A stretch of 27,571 bases of DNA from Candidatus Hodarchaeota archaeon (lineage in GTDB: Archaea; Asgardarchaeota; Heimdallarchaeia; Hodarchaeales; Hodarchaeaceae), in NCBI GenBank assembly GCA_029856365.1, contig JAHQWW010000040.1:1-27571 (forward strand). The letters are read 5' to 3'. This document shows, piece after piece, positions 7,522 to 16,615 of the stretch. Each line of letters opens with the position of its first letter. Within the stretch, counting starts at the first letter, position 1. The position numbers and the translations under genes are program-made. The notes beneath the pieces were generated by a model, which was not told where the DNA came from, made no database searches, and saw only the letters and a program-made list of their open reading frames with translations.

Positions 7522-7950
7522 TTACCCTTCATCTAGCTCTTCTAATTCTTCCTCTTCTTCTGTGAGCTCTTGGGAGGTTTTAATTAATTCTGCAGCATCA
7601 AACTGTTGTTCAAACCTCCGCCAAACAGCTGCTTTTAAATTTTTATTCAGTTTTTTGATGGCTTTTTCTACTACTTTTCTTGCTTCCTCACGGTCTTCAG
7701 GTAACTCAGTGAAACCCCATGTCGAAACAGGGGGAGCTTTGGGGTCTTTTTTAATCAAATAAACTAAACTTTCCTGTTGTTGAAACGCATAGAATTCAGG
7801 TTGAACAAGAGGGCAATCTATGTATCTACAAGTTCCTGTAATGGTGAAAAGATGATTACAACGAATTTTTGGAGATGTTGAAGCAGATTTAAATGCGCAT
7901 TGTCCATCAGCAAGGTATTTCCAGGTGGTAATTAACTGTGATGATTCCAT
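7522..7950 (-). CDS. mak16: Mak16/L28e-family ribosome biogenesis protein
   Basis: W...CAFK...C..H.FTITGTC....CPL...VYL.KK...W...EL..D.EEA, then an acidic tail, parallels eukaryotic Mak16 (IW...FCSFK...CRNEY..TGLC...SCPL...YL..K...LW..V.L..NYE.AL). Cys18/31/41/46 retained. Confidence 0.8.
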   Translation of the reverse strand: MESSQLITTWKYLADGQCAFKSASTSPKIRCNHLFTITGTCRYIDCPLVQPEFYAFQQQESLVYLIKKDPKAPPVSTWGFTELPEDREEARKVVEKAIKKLNKNLKAAVWRRFEQQFDAAELIKTSQELTEEEEELEELDEG

Positions 7951-8011
7951 TTCTTGTCACACAACTGTTTTATGTTCAGTTTAGGTATATTTTTCTGAGA
8001 GTAATTATAAT

Positions 8012-8115
8012 AGCCGCTGGTGGGAATTCCATATACAATTCATCAGAATCTTATATCTTGAACCCACGGCCAACGGATTACAAGTCCGTCGCTCTACCAA
8101 CTAAGCCACAGCGGC
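8012..8115 (-). tRNA. tRNA-Thr(TGT) with a 31-nt T-loop intron at 59/60 (8026-8056)
   Basis: GCCGCTG/CAGCGGC acceptor, ACGGA-CTTGTAA-TCCGT anticodon arm, GTGGG-TTCAAG|T-CCCAC. BHB motif: TTCA/TGGA helix with AGA and ATT bulges. No encoded CCA. Confidence 0.9.
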
Positions 8116-8216
8116 ATTAGTTTTTCCAATATTCATTCATTATATGTGAGATTTTGGAGTGATTTTCATACACCTTGTTTCAAATTCCTCCCTTTTTGGA
8201 TAAATTTAAATTTGTT

Positions 8217-8687
8217 TCATTGTAATTCAAGAAATCGCTGATTACGAATATAAAGGAGTTTTATTCTTTTCTTACGCGCCATCCTTTTTAATTTACGATC
8301 ATTAGTTGCAATAATCCCATTTCTTTCTTTTCCATAATGCAACAGTATAAAGTCAATATTCCGATGTTTGTACTCGGAAGGCCATTGTTGACAATATTTA
8401 TGCACAAATTCAATCGCTATGCGAGATTCCATTTGTTCTTTAGGATTTCCTTTCAGATGTATTTTCTTGAGTTCTGAATAAATCGGCTTAATAACAACTA
8501 ATACTCGATTTCCAGGAATAACTCGATCTAGTTCATATGATAAGTTAAAATTAGGAATCTGACCTAGAGCCATAAGAAAATTAGTGTCTAAAAATATCAA
8601 TGACTGCTGTTCACTTGAAAATGGAGGTTTTACTTCTGTCGTTGTTCTTTCCCGCCTTTGGTTACTCCCCATCCGATTAATCTCCAT
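8217..8687 (-). CDS. PIN-domain nuclease (Fcf1/Utp24-like); true start may be downstream
   Basis: FLDTNFLM, IYSEL, NIDFILL, IATNDRKL; conserved position behind aIF2-gamma. Confidence 0.85.
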   Translation of the reverse strand: MEINRMGSNQRRERTTTEVKPPFSSEQQSLIFLDTNFLMALGQIPNFNLSYELDRVIPGNRVLVVIKPIYSELKKIHLKGNPKEQMESRIAIEFVHKYCQQWPSEYKHRNIDFILLHYGKERNGIIATNDRKLKRMARKKRIKLLYIRNQRFLELQ

Positions 8688-9940
8688 CTACGATCAATCT
8701 GACGACTTATGGCTATACGAGTGCCTAAATCTGCACATACTGGAAGCCGAAGATCGACTTGAGTGCCCTTTTTACTAGTTTTTACTACTTTCCCTACGGT
8801 TTTAGCTGTACCCACACTTAACATGAGGTTTTCATTTAATTCAATAGCTTGAACCATTGTTTGAATTTCGCTGCCTACAACACGCTCAAGTAGGTGGCTA
8901 TCAAATTCCAACATATCCCAGATCGGTGGAAGCTCATCAGGATATCCGACGATTTGTCCGACGAGGGAATCACTTTTCGTGAGAGAGGGATCGATATTTG
9001 TTCCAATCCCAATAAGTCCCCCTGATAACGCTGTTTGTAGCTCGCCAAATCCTGATCGTAAGCTTACAATCTTTGTCTTAATGACCTGCCATTTACTGCC
9101 TTTTCGGTTCCCTGGCCGTATTTCAATCTCATCATCAATTGAAAATTTGCCCTGGACAATACTTCCTCCTACAACTCCTCCTTTCAGCTTAGTCGGGGAT
9201 TGTCCTGGTTTGTTTACATCGAAAGATCTTGCCACAAGCATTCTAGGAGAAAGACTCTCGTCTCGTTCTGGTGTTGGTAAGTGTTCCTCTATGTTCTGTA
9301 TTAACATATCAATGTTCGTATGGTGAATAGCACTAATAGGAATGATAGGAGAGTTCTTTGTACTAGTTTTCGAAATAAATTTCTTTAGATCTTTATAATT
9401 CTGAATAGCAGCCTTCTCAGAAACCAATTCGATTTTATTTTGGCAAAAAATCACCCTCTCCATCCCTATAATCTCCATGGCTGCAAGATGTTCACGAGTT
9501 TGAGGCATAGGAACCCTTTCATTGGCTGCAACGACGAGAAGTGCTCCATCCATTATACTTGCTCCAGATAACATTGTTGCCATTAATACTTCATGTCCAG
9601 GAGCGTCAACAAATGCGACCCGACGGAGGAGAATAGTTTCTTTACCGCAAACTGGACATTTTTTCTGAGTAGTATATTTAGCTGGGCTTTCACATTCTAG
9701 ACACTCACGAAACTCGGTTTCAGCATATCCCAATCGAATTGAGATTCCTCGACGAATTTCCTCACTATGAGTGTCAGGAAATTTTCCGGTCAATGCTTCT
9801 GTTAAAGTGGACTTTCCATGATCTACATGCCCAATCATCCCTATAGAGATCTCTGCTTGATTGGGATAGTCCGCTGGGGCCTTCTTCCTCTTTGGTGGGG
9901 CCTTCTTTTTTGCTGGGGGCCTCTTCTTCTTTGCTGGCAT
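8630..9940 (-). CDS. eif2g: Translation initiation factor 2 gamma subunit
   Basis: QAEISIGMIGHVDHGKST, RGISIRLGY, zinc knuckle CxxC..CxxC, DAPGHE, QNKIE, RWRLIGWG. Confidence 0.97.
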   Translation of the reverse strand: MPAKKKRPPAKKKAPPKRKKAPADYPNQAEISIGMIGHVDHGKSTLTEALTGKFPDTHSEEIRRGISIRLGYAETEFRECLECESPAKYTTQKKCPVCGKETILLRRVAFVDAPGHEVLMATMLSGASIMDGALLVVAANERVPMPQTREHLAAMEIIGMERVIFCQNKIELVSEKAAIQNYKDLKKFISKTSTKNSPIIPISAIHHTNIDMLIQNIEEHLPTPERDESLSPRMLVARSFDVNKPGQSPTKLKGGVVGGSIVQGKFSIDDEIEIRPGNRKGSKWQVIKTKIVSLRSGFGELQTALSGGLIGIGTNIDPSLTKSDSLVGQIVGYPDELPPIWDMLEFDSHLLERVVGSEIQTMVQAIELNENLMLSVGTAKTVGKVVKTSKKGTQVDLRLPVCADLGTRIAISRQIDRRWRLIGWGVTKGGKEQRQK

Positions 9941-9959
9941 TGGAATCCTCGGATATAAT

Positions 9960-10340
9960 TCATAACAACTCTTCTATGGCTTTACTACTCTTATCTCGTT
10001 CGAGAATTTTAAGGTTTATCTGGTAGATATCCTCACTGATCAATCTACCTCGGACACGTTTTCTCCGTCTTTTTCCTTTTCTATCAGGCTTATAACCTAC
10101 ACCTCTATGGCCAATGAGAATTCGTTTGGGCATTGCTCCTTCAACACCAGGAACCATAGGAAAACCAGCATGATCAGAACCCCCAGTTATTTTAAATAAA
10201 TAACCGTCAAAACCGATGAATTGTCCATCTAGCTCATCTCCAACTTCTTTACCGATTAGATGGCGTGTCATAGCGTCATCATCGATTTCCTTTTTATAAC
10301 TCTGCTTATCATCAGCTAAATTAAGTTGAAATCTAACCAT
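9960..10340 (-). CDS. rps6e: 30S ribosomal protein S6e (eS6)
   Basis: FKITGGSDHAGFPM, GKRRRKRVRG, QINLKI. Confidence 0.95.
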   Translation of the reverse strand: MVRFQLNLADDKQSYKKEIDDDAMTRHLIGKEVGDELDGQFIGFDGYLFKITGGSDHAGFPMVPGVEGAMPKRILIGHRGVGYKPDRKGKRRRKRVRGRLISEDIYQINLKILERDKSSKAIEELL

Positions 10341-10650
10341 TTTATCGTCTCATGTCTTTTTATCAAATGACCTATTAGAATAACCGTTATAATCTGTATT
10401 CAGATGTTCATTGGGTTATACGTGTCATAACGTGTCAAATCTCTTTCTATTCTTAATAGTTCTCATAATTCTCGAGAGGTTCATTTTGTGATTTCCCATC
10501 AACCGTTTTATCATTTAAAACTCTTGTTATTCTGATAGAAAGAGAATTCTTACGAAAATTACCTAATTTCTAAAAGAAAATTGCACAACTTCTATTTTAT
10601 TCTTACTATACATATTTCAAAGTGAAGAACCTATATCAATCCATATGGGA

Positions 10651-12444
10651 TCATAGCGCCCAATACTTATTCACAGTTCGTCGTTTTATTTCAATCAGTT
10701 CAGTAAGTGCATCCATTTCTGTCCCTGAAAGTAGGTTTTGTTCAGTAATTTTTCGAGCATCAGGTTCAGGAACATCGATCCATAATTCATCCCCCTCCTT
10801 AATCTGACGTCCTGCAGTTGGGCCACGAATAGCTACTGCAACTTGATCAGTCACTTTTGCTTGAGGAATAGTATTTCCACGGTCTTGTATTTGTAATAAG
10901 TGACCAATTTTTTTATTTTCACGATTGATTAGATTATTTTGAGGAGTTAAAATGCCAGCTAACACCTCAACTCCTAATATGCATGGTTTGCTTTGTCTAA
11001 ACACATAGGGAAGAACTTTTATTTTGCTAGGTCGTATGATGTCCTTGATTGCTTCTTCTTCAAGACGTTGTTGAACTTCATATTGATATGCTTCATATTC
11101 TTCTGACAAACGATAAATAATATCATTCTGAATTATAGGGATATGTAATTTACTTGCCTCCTCTTGAGCATCCAAAAGGATAGCCGTTCGAAATCCTAGG
11201 ATAATGCCATAATACTCATTTTTTTCTCTAGATAATGATGCTTGATAGACATCTTTCTTGGTTACATCTCCTACAGCAGCAAATCGAATTTGAACATTGG
11301 AATCCCGAAGGAAATTTACCAGTGCCTCCAGAGAGCCCAGGGTATCAGCTTTTACAATAACTCCAGCATTGTCAGTTTCAACTAGAATACTGGCCAATTC
11401 CTCTTCGATCTTCGTTATCGCCTCTTCAACTTCATTTTTATCTACCACATAAAGGGAGGATCCTGCTATTGCCTCATCTATATTGGGGGCAGCCAATTTC
11501 ACGCCAACTGCTGCCACAACTTGTTCAACGCTATCAAATTTATTCCGTGGATCCCGAATTTCATCCAATTCCTTTGGTACCAATATTGCACGAACATTTG
11601 TTGAGATCGGACCATTTATTCCAGCTAAGACGATTAAAGAATTTTGTTTAATAATTCCATCGAAGAGGATCACATCTAATGTTGTACCCATTCCTACTTC
11701 TTTTTTTACTTCTAAAACTACTCCTTTTCCTTTGTCTAAATGTAATTCTAACTGCTTTTTCAAGTATTGTTCTGTAAGACTGGCTAATACTAGGAACATT
11801 TCGGGAATTCCCTCACCTGTTATCGCGGAAGTAGGAATAATGGCGATTTTCTTCGCAAAATTTTTGATCCGATCAAATCTATCTGGTTCAAGATTGAAAT
11901 GACTCAATTCAGTCATAATTTCATAAATAATTGATTGTAGAGCTTCTAATGACCCATTAGATTGTTTTGATAGTGATTTCACCAAAGTAAGGTCAGGATA
12001 GCTTTTCCAACCAGGAAGACGATCGATTTTATTAGCGGCTATCAGAAAAGGTACTTTTTGTTTCACTAAAATCCGTAATGATTCAACTGTTTGTGGTTGA
12101 ATCCCTCTACGGACGTCAATTACTAAGATTGCAAAATTTGCCGCACTTGCACCGCGTTGTCGTAGATTCATGAATGAACTATGCCCTGGTGTATCAATGA
12201 TTAAGATCCCTGGAATTTGAAGTGTTTTTCTACTTTGAGTAAGTAAAGATCCACATAGAGCTGTAACTGTCTCAATAGGGAAAAAACTTGCACCAATATG
12301 TTGAGTAATCCCTCCTGATTCCCGTGATTGCACTGCAGTCCCACGGACTTTATCAAGAAGACTAGTCTTACCAGAATCCACATGACCGAGAATAACTGTG
12401 ATGGGACTTCGCATCTGACCTGTATACTCTGATTCTGTTGTCAA
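10651..12444 (-). CDS. infB: Translation initiation factor IF-2/aIF5B
   Basis: RSPITVILGHVDSGKTSLLD, ESGGITQHIGA, DTPGH, NKID, KADTLGSLEAL; TTG start with GGTGGTG upstream. Confidence 0.97.
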   Translation of the reverse strand: MTTESEYTGQMRSPITVILGHVDSGKTSLLDKVRGTAVQSRESGGITQHIGASFFPIETVTALCGSLLTQSRKTLQIPGILIIDTPGHSSFMNLRQRGASAANFAILVIDVRRGIQPQTVESLRILVKQKVPFLIAANKIDRLPGWKSYPDLTLVKSLSKQSNGSLEALQSIIYEIMTELSHFNLEPDRFDRIKNFAKKIAIIPTSAITGEGIPEMFLVLASLTEQYLKKQLELHLDKGKGVVLEVKKEVGMGTTLDVILFDGIIKQNSLIVLAGINGPISTNVRAILVPKELDEIRDPRNKFDSVEQVVAAVGVKLAAPNIDEAIAGSSLYVVDKNEVEEAITKIEEELASILVETDNAGVIVKADTLGSLEALVNFLRDSNVQIRFAAVGDVTKKDVYQASLSREKNEYYGIILGFRTAILLDAQEEASKLHIPIIQNDIIYRLSEEYEAYQYEVQQRLEEEAIKDIIRPSKIKVLPYVFRQSKPCILGVEVLAGILTPQNNLINRENKKIGHLLQIQDRGNTIPQAKVTDQVAVAIRGPTAGRQIKEGDELWIDVPEPDARKITEQNLLSGTEMDALTELIEIKRRTVNKYWAL

Positions 12445-12756
12445 ATGATTTCACACCACCGAAACGACTTTTTGAATTGTCTAAAGCACCAATCATTACA
12501 TTTGAATTTTGAACTGTGTCAAGAATGGTTCTTGTTTCAGAAACTAATATATTAAATGTTAACAAAGAGACTATAAAACAAGTATCTTCTTCTAACTTAT
12601 TGAGGAATTATGTTATTATCATATCTATTGAATTGCAATTCAATCTATATTTTTTTCTTATGTGAATACTTGGCAAAAAAAATATATTTTCCTCCTGATA
12701 CTGGGTGAGATGATAAAAACTAAAGTTCCTTTTATAAAAAGGAGATAGAAATAACA

Positions 12757-13173
12757 TTGAGACGAGACAATACATATTATTTTGTGTTCCCAGAATATCT
12801 TGATAAATCACTCACACGCAAGGAAGGGCGTCGATTATCTCTGGAACAAGCATTGGAAAATCCTACGATCACAGAAATACGATTAGCAGCAGAAAAATTA
12901 GAACTTGACTATGAAATCCAGAAATATGCTGCTTATCCCCGACATTGGTGGGAAAGGAACGGTCTTATTTTAATTGAGAAAAAAAATCCTAAATTACAGA
13001 CTCTGAAAGACTTAAGTAACGAAATAAAGATGTACATTCGTCCAGCACTTGAAAAACAGAAGAAAGAATTAGCAAAAGAGGCGAAAAAACGGAAAAGTAT
13101 CAAATATTCTCCACGAAAGAAACTGGAAGAAAAAGGAAAACCTAGGAAATTTCGTCCAAAAAGAAGAAAGTGA
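12757..13173 (+). CDS. srp19: Signal recognition particle 19 kDa protein with basic C-terminal extension
   Basis: FPEYLD..LTRKEGRRL...ALENP...YPRHWW...G. Confidence 0.92.
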   Translation: MRRDNTYYFVFPEYLDKSLTRKEGRRLSLEQALENPTITEIRLAAEKLELDYEIQKYAAYPRHWWERNGLILIEKKNPKLQTLKDLSNEIKMYIRPALEKQKKELAKEAKKRKSIKYSPRKKLEEKGKPRKFRPKRRK

Positions 13174-13185
13174 CATTATTTCTTC

Positions 13186-13863
13186 GTGAGATCAGCTATT
13201 AACAGTAAAATGGTGTTAACTCTGCCGAAAAAGCGTGATATGTACACTAAACAGGCTAAATCTGAAGGATATAGAAGTCGAGCTGCCTATAAACTTCTTC
13301 AGATTGATAAGAAATTCAAATTATTTCATGGCAACCAAACTGTTATAGATTTATGTGGAGCGCCTGGAGGGTTTTCACAGATAGCACGGGATAGATCGGT
13401 TGGTAAAGCACGGATTTTTTTAGTGGATATAGCTCGTATCAAATCAATTCCGAATATTACTGAAATCATTAAGGGAGATATCACAGAATTACATACAATT
13501 CTTCAATTACAAAAGAGTCTTGAAAAACATGAAGCAAACAACAATGAAATCATTGTACTAGCTGATTGTTCTCCTAATGTCTCAGGACACTGGATCACCG
13601 ATCATGCGCGGCAAATTTGGTTAGCAGAAGTGGCTTTGGGGATTTCGAACTATTTTCTAGCTGAAAAGTTTTTAACCAAGGTTTTTCAAGGGGAATATTT
13701 CCAAGAGCTTTTAGAAAAGATCAAAGCATCCTATCAGAATGTAAAGACTTACAAACCCCCAACATCCCGCAAGCAAAGTGCTGAAATATATATCATAGCA
13801 ATAAACAATAAAAATCGGGGAACTGATCGATATAATCGTAATCATCTTGTTGAAGACGAGTAA
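13186..13863 (+). CDS. rlmE: 23S rRNA U2552-type 2'-O-methyltransferase (RlmE/FtsJ); start uncertain
   Basis: GYRSRAAYKL, DLCGAPGGFSQ, ADCSPN, TKVF, SRKQSAEIY (K-D-K-E tetrad). Confidence 0.92.
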   Translation: MRSAINSKMVLTLPKKRDMYTKQAKSEGYRSRAAYKLLQIDKKFKLFHGNQTVIDLCGAPGGFSQIARDRSVGKARIFLVDIARIKSIPNITEIIKGDITELHTILQLQKSLEKHEANNNEIIVLADCSPNVSGHWITDHARQIWLAEVALGISNYFLAEKFLTKVFQGEYFQELLEKIKASYQNVKTYKPPTSRKQSAEIYIIAINNKNRGTDRYNRNHLVEDE

Positions 13864-13882
13864 GTCGTCGGTAGGCTAGTTT

Positions 13883-15067
13883 ATGAAACTTGTTGAAATC
13901 CAAGAAGGCGTGGGGACTTTTCTTGTTCCAGAATCAAACATCAATGGTCATATCCCAAGACGATCAGATGAGGTATTCTTTAATTTTCATCAAGAAATCA
14001 ATCGTGATTTTTCAGTTTTAGCTTTACGTGCATATGGAAATATAAATTCAAAGAGCGATCTGAGAGTATGTGAACCTTTATGTGGATCAGGGATACGTGG
14101 TGCTCGCTATGCGTTGGAGACACCAACTTCTAGCATTTATTGTAATGATATTAACTCTAAAGCTGTTTATATCACCCAGAAAAATATTAATCGGCTTCCA
14201 AGCATAATTGCAAAAAGGATTCAGCTCTTCAATATGGATTGTAATTCTTTCCTCCAAAAACTCAACGCAATAGATCTTGTTTTTGATTTTATAGATATTG
14301 ATCCCTTCGGAACCCCCATCCCTTTCGTTCAGAACAGTATTAAAATGGTTACTCTTCAAGGCCTTCTCGCTTTCACAGCAACGGATCTCGCCAGTCTCGT
14401 TGGATTATATCCCAGAGCGCTTTATGCAAAATATGGTATTAGCCACTTTGACACCCGTATCGGAAATGTTCATGAGATAGCCGCTCGAGCCTTAATAACG
14501 GGCATTCAGCATACAGGATTAATCCTAGGTCAGTCTCTTATCCCCATTGCAACCCTTTACCATAGACATTTTGTGAGATGTTTTCTAGTTCGCAATAGAG
14601 GGGTCGACACCGTTATTAATCAAACAGGATTCATTCATCTCTGTGAAAGATGCCAAGCTAGATATCTCAGTTTTTTGGGTGAAAATAAAACCAATTGTCC
14701 TACTTGTGGTAATTCTGATGAATTAAAAGTAGGCCCTATATATCTAGGAGGGATTCAAAACTCAGAATACATGTCCTCAATGCTCCTCGATAAACATTTG
14801 CTAAAAATGGGAACTAGAAAAAGACTGGTTAAAATATTACCATTAATGATAGATGAGTCATCATTGGATATTCCTTGGTCATTTGATATCCCAAAATTAG
14901 CCAAAAAAATTGGAGTTACAGTCCCACCGTTAACACAAATTATGAAGATATTGAATGAAACAGGCTATAAATGCTATAAAATCCATTATTCAGGAACTAG
15001 TCTCAAAACTGAAGCCAATGAAGCCGAAATATGCTCAGTGATCAGATCATTAAAACCCAGATCATGA
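13883..15067 (+). CDS. trm1: tRNA (guanine26-N2)-dimethyltransferase
   Basis: VFFN...NRD.SV, GSGIRG.RY, NDIN, DIDPFGTP, TATD, CxxC...CxxC, GPIYLG. Confidence 0.95.
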   Translation: MKLVEIQEGVGTFLVPESNINGHIPRRSDEVFFNFHQEINRDFSVLALRAYGNINSKSDLRVCEPLCGSGIRGARYALETPTSSIYCNDINSKAVYITQKNINRLPSIIAKRIQLFNMDCNSFLQKLNAIDLVFDFIDIDPFGTPIPFVQNSIKMVTLQGLLAFTATDLASLVGLYPRALYAKYGISHFDTRIGNVHEIAARALITGIQHTGLILGQSLIPIATLYHRHFVRCFLVRNRGVDTVINQTGFIHLCERCQARYLSFLGENKTNCPTCGNSDELKVGPIYLGGIQNSEYMSSMLLDKHLLKMGTRKRLVKILPLMIDESSLDIPWSFDIPKLAKKIGVTVPPLTQIMKILNETGYKCYKIHYSGTSLKTEANEAEICSVIRSLKPRS

Positions 15068-15147
15068 ACCACACTTCAAAGAAAAAAAAGTTATATTTCT
15101 ATGCGAAAAACACCTTTATGGTGAAAATAAACAATAGAGATCGCTAG

Positions 15148-15284
15148 AGGGATGTGGTCTAGCATGGTTATCGCCATATTTCTGGCAAATACGGTGGCTA
15201 GATGATTCCTGATTTGGGAATGACCAATTAGAGATTGGTCATCAGAACATCAGGTGGTCGTGGGTTCAAATCCCACCATCCCTA
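15148..15284 (+). tRNA. tRNA-Pro(TGG) with two introns (21/22: 15171-15202; 37/38: 15219-15248)
   Basis: AGGGATG/CATCCCT acceptor; CCTGA-TTTGGG|A-TCAGG; GTGGG-TTCAAAT-CCCAC. Anticodon intron has a strict BHB (TTTG/CAGA) and an ATGACCAAT/ATTGGTCAT hairpin. D-loop intron has a relaxed BHB (TGGT/GCTA). Confidence 0.9.
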
Positions 15285-16591
15285 TTCTAAGAGGTTCTTT
15301 TCTTTAATAAATGGTTTCTTTCCTTAATTTCTAATGTTCAGGAATGTAATTCTTAACATTGGTTATATGACCTTTTAAAAAGCATCTGAACTTTCTAGTC
15401 CTTTTTCTTGCATAATTCAATTGGTTTATAATTAAACTAAATTAAAATTAGTACTAATTCTTTCCATAATTCCAGTTTAAACAAAGTGAAATTATTATGG
15501 TAACTACTAATGAATATGCCAACCTAAGCGATAATGAAAAAACAGTTTTAGGGATTATCAGTGAACTCGAAACGAGAGACAAGGATCCTAAAACAAATGA
15601 AATAACTATTTCTGAAAGTTTGAAGATCACTCTTACAGGAGAAGGAATCAAAAAACTTAAAATGATCTCTGAGAAGAATATAGATTCTGATTCTGCAATA
15701 AATTCATTGATTGCAAAAAATCTAGTTGTTAATGATGAAATTGGGCTTAAACTTACTAGTTTTGGGGGGAAAATAGGAAAAGTAATTCGCTCTAAACAAA
15801 TGAGTGATTGGTACAATAAAAATCTCCTTAGATGTGCTAAAAGTAAAGCGTATACCCTGTTCTGTGAAAAAGTGTTTGGAAAGAACCTTTATCAGTTCAA
15901 TGTTCTTGATATGGATCAATTAGAAACACTCATATCTATATTAAGTCTGAATTCCAATGATTCAGTCTTAGATTTAGGATGTGGATTGGGAAAAGTTACC
16001 GAATACATTCAGCTGAAAACAGGTGCCAAACTTACGGGAATCGATTTCGCTGAACAGCTTATTCTGTGGGCGAAAGATAATACAGAAGTAAATGAAGACA
16101 TGTTAGAATTTCAAGTAGGGAATATTAATGAACTAGTTTTTCCACCTTCATCCTTTAATGCAATTTATGCTATAGATACTCTATATCCAACCAATGTAGA
16201 TGATTTAGGAGTGACCCTAGCGAAGTTAAAGGCAATTTTAAAGCCAAATGGTCAATTGGGAATATTTTTTGCTCAAATTATAGAATCCAAAGAACAACAA
16301 CATATTTTAGAACCTAATCAAACCGAAATGGCCCAGGCTTTGAAAGACAATAATTTATCTTATACAGTAATTGATTTCACCCAAAACGCGAGGGCTATTT
16401 GGGAACGAGAGATTACTATTGGAAATGAATTACGAGAAATGTTTGAAAAGGAAGGTAATCTCGATCTGTGTGAAGAGCGAATTGCAGATGGAGAGAATTG
16501 TGTTTATCGGATCGATAATCAATTACAGATTAGATATTTTTATCATGTATCTAGGATTTAATCACCTCTAATCTGAAATCCTACCATCACT
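15268..16591. mobile_element. Putative eroded genomic islet integrated at the tRNA-Pro 3' end
   Basis: AAATCCCACCATCCCT (15268-15283, tRNA 3' end) recurs as AAATCCTACCATCACT (16576-16591, 14/16 identical) right after the methyltransferase. No integrase present. Confidence 0.5.
15497..16561 (+). CDS. Class I SAM-dependent methyltransferase with N-terminal wHTH-like segment
   Basis: VLDLGCGLG, TGIDF, FNAIYAIDTLY, LKPNGQL; N-terminal INSLIAKNLV...LKLTSFG is wing-like. Confidence 0.85.
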   Translation: MVTTNEYANLSDNEKTVLGIISELETRDKDPKTNEITISESLKITLTGEGIKKLKMISEKNIDSDSAINSLIAKNLVVNDEIGLKLTSFGGKIGKVIRSKQMSDWYNKNLLRCAKSKAYTLFCEKVFGKNLYQFNVLDMDQLETLISILSLNSNDSVLDLGCGLGKVTEYIQLKTGAKLTGIDFAEQLILWAKDNTEVNEDMLEFQVGNINELVFPPSSFNAIYAIDTLYPTNVDDLGVTLAKLKAILKPNGQLGIFFAQIIESKEQQHILEPNQTEMAQALKDNNLSYTVIDFTQNARAIWEREITIGNELREMFEKEGNLDLCEERIADGENCVYRIDNQLQIRYFYHVSRI

Positions 16592-16615
16592 CTTTAAAAT
16601 ATCCAATCAATAATA

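Noticed and set aside
7493-8020. GCCGCTGG shared by the tRNA-Thr 3' acceptor strand and the sRNA stem, flanking mak16 like an att repeat
   Set aside because: Only 8 bp, the copy is needed for the sRNA terminal stem, and there are no mobility genes.
8040-8046. CTGATGA in the tRNA-Thr intron (hammerhead core or box C)
   Set aside because: No GAAA or three-stem hammerhead structure, and the intron is too short for a C/D guide RNA.
7938-8120. 60-aa ORF
   Set aside because: Antisense to tRNA-Thr; spurious.
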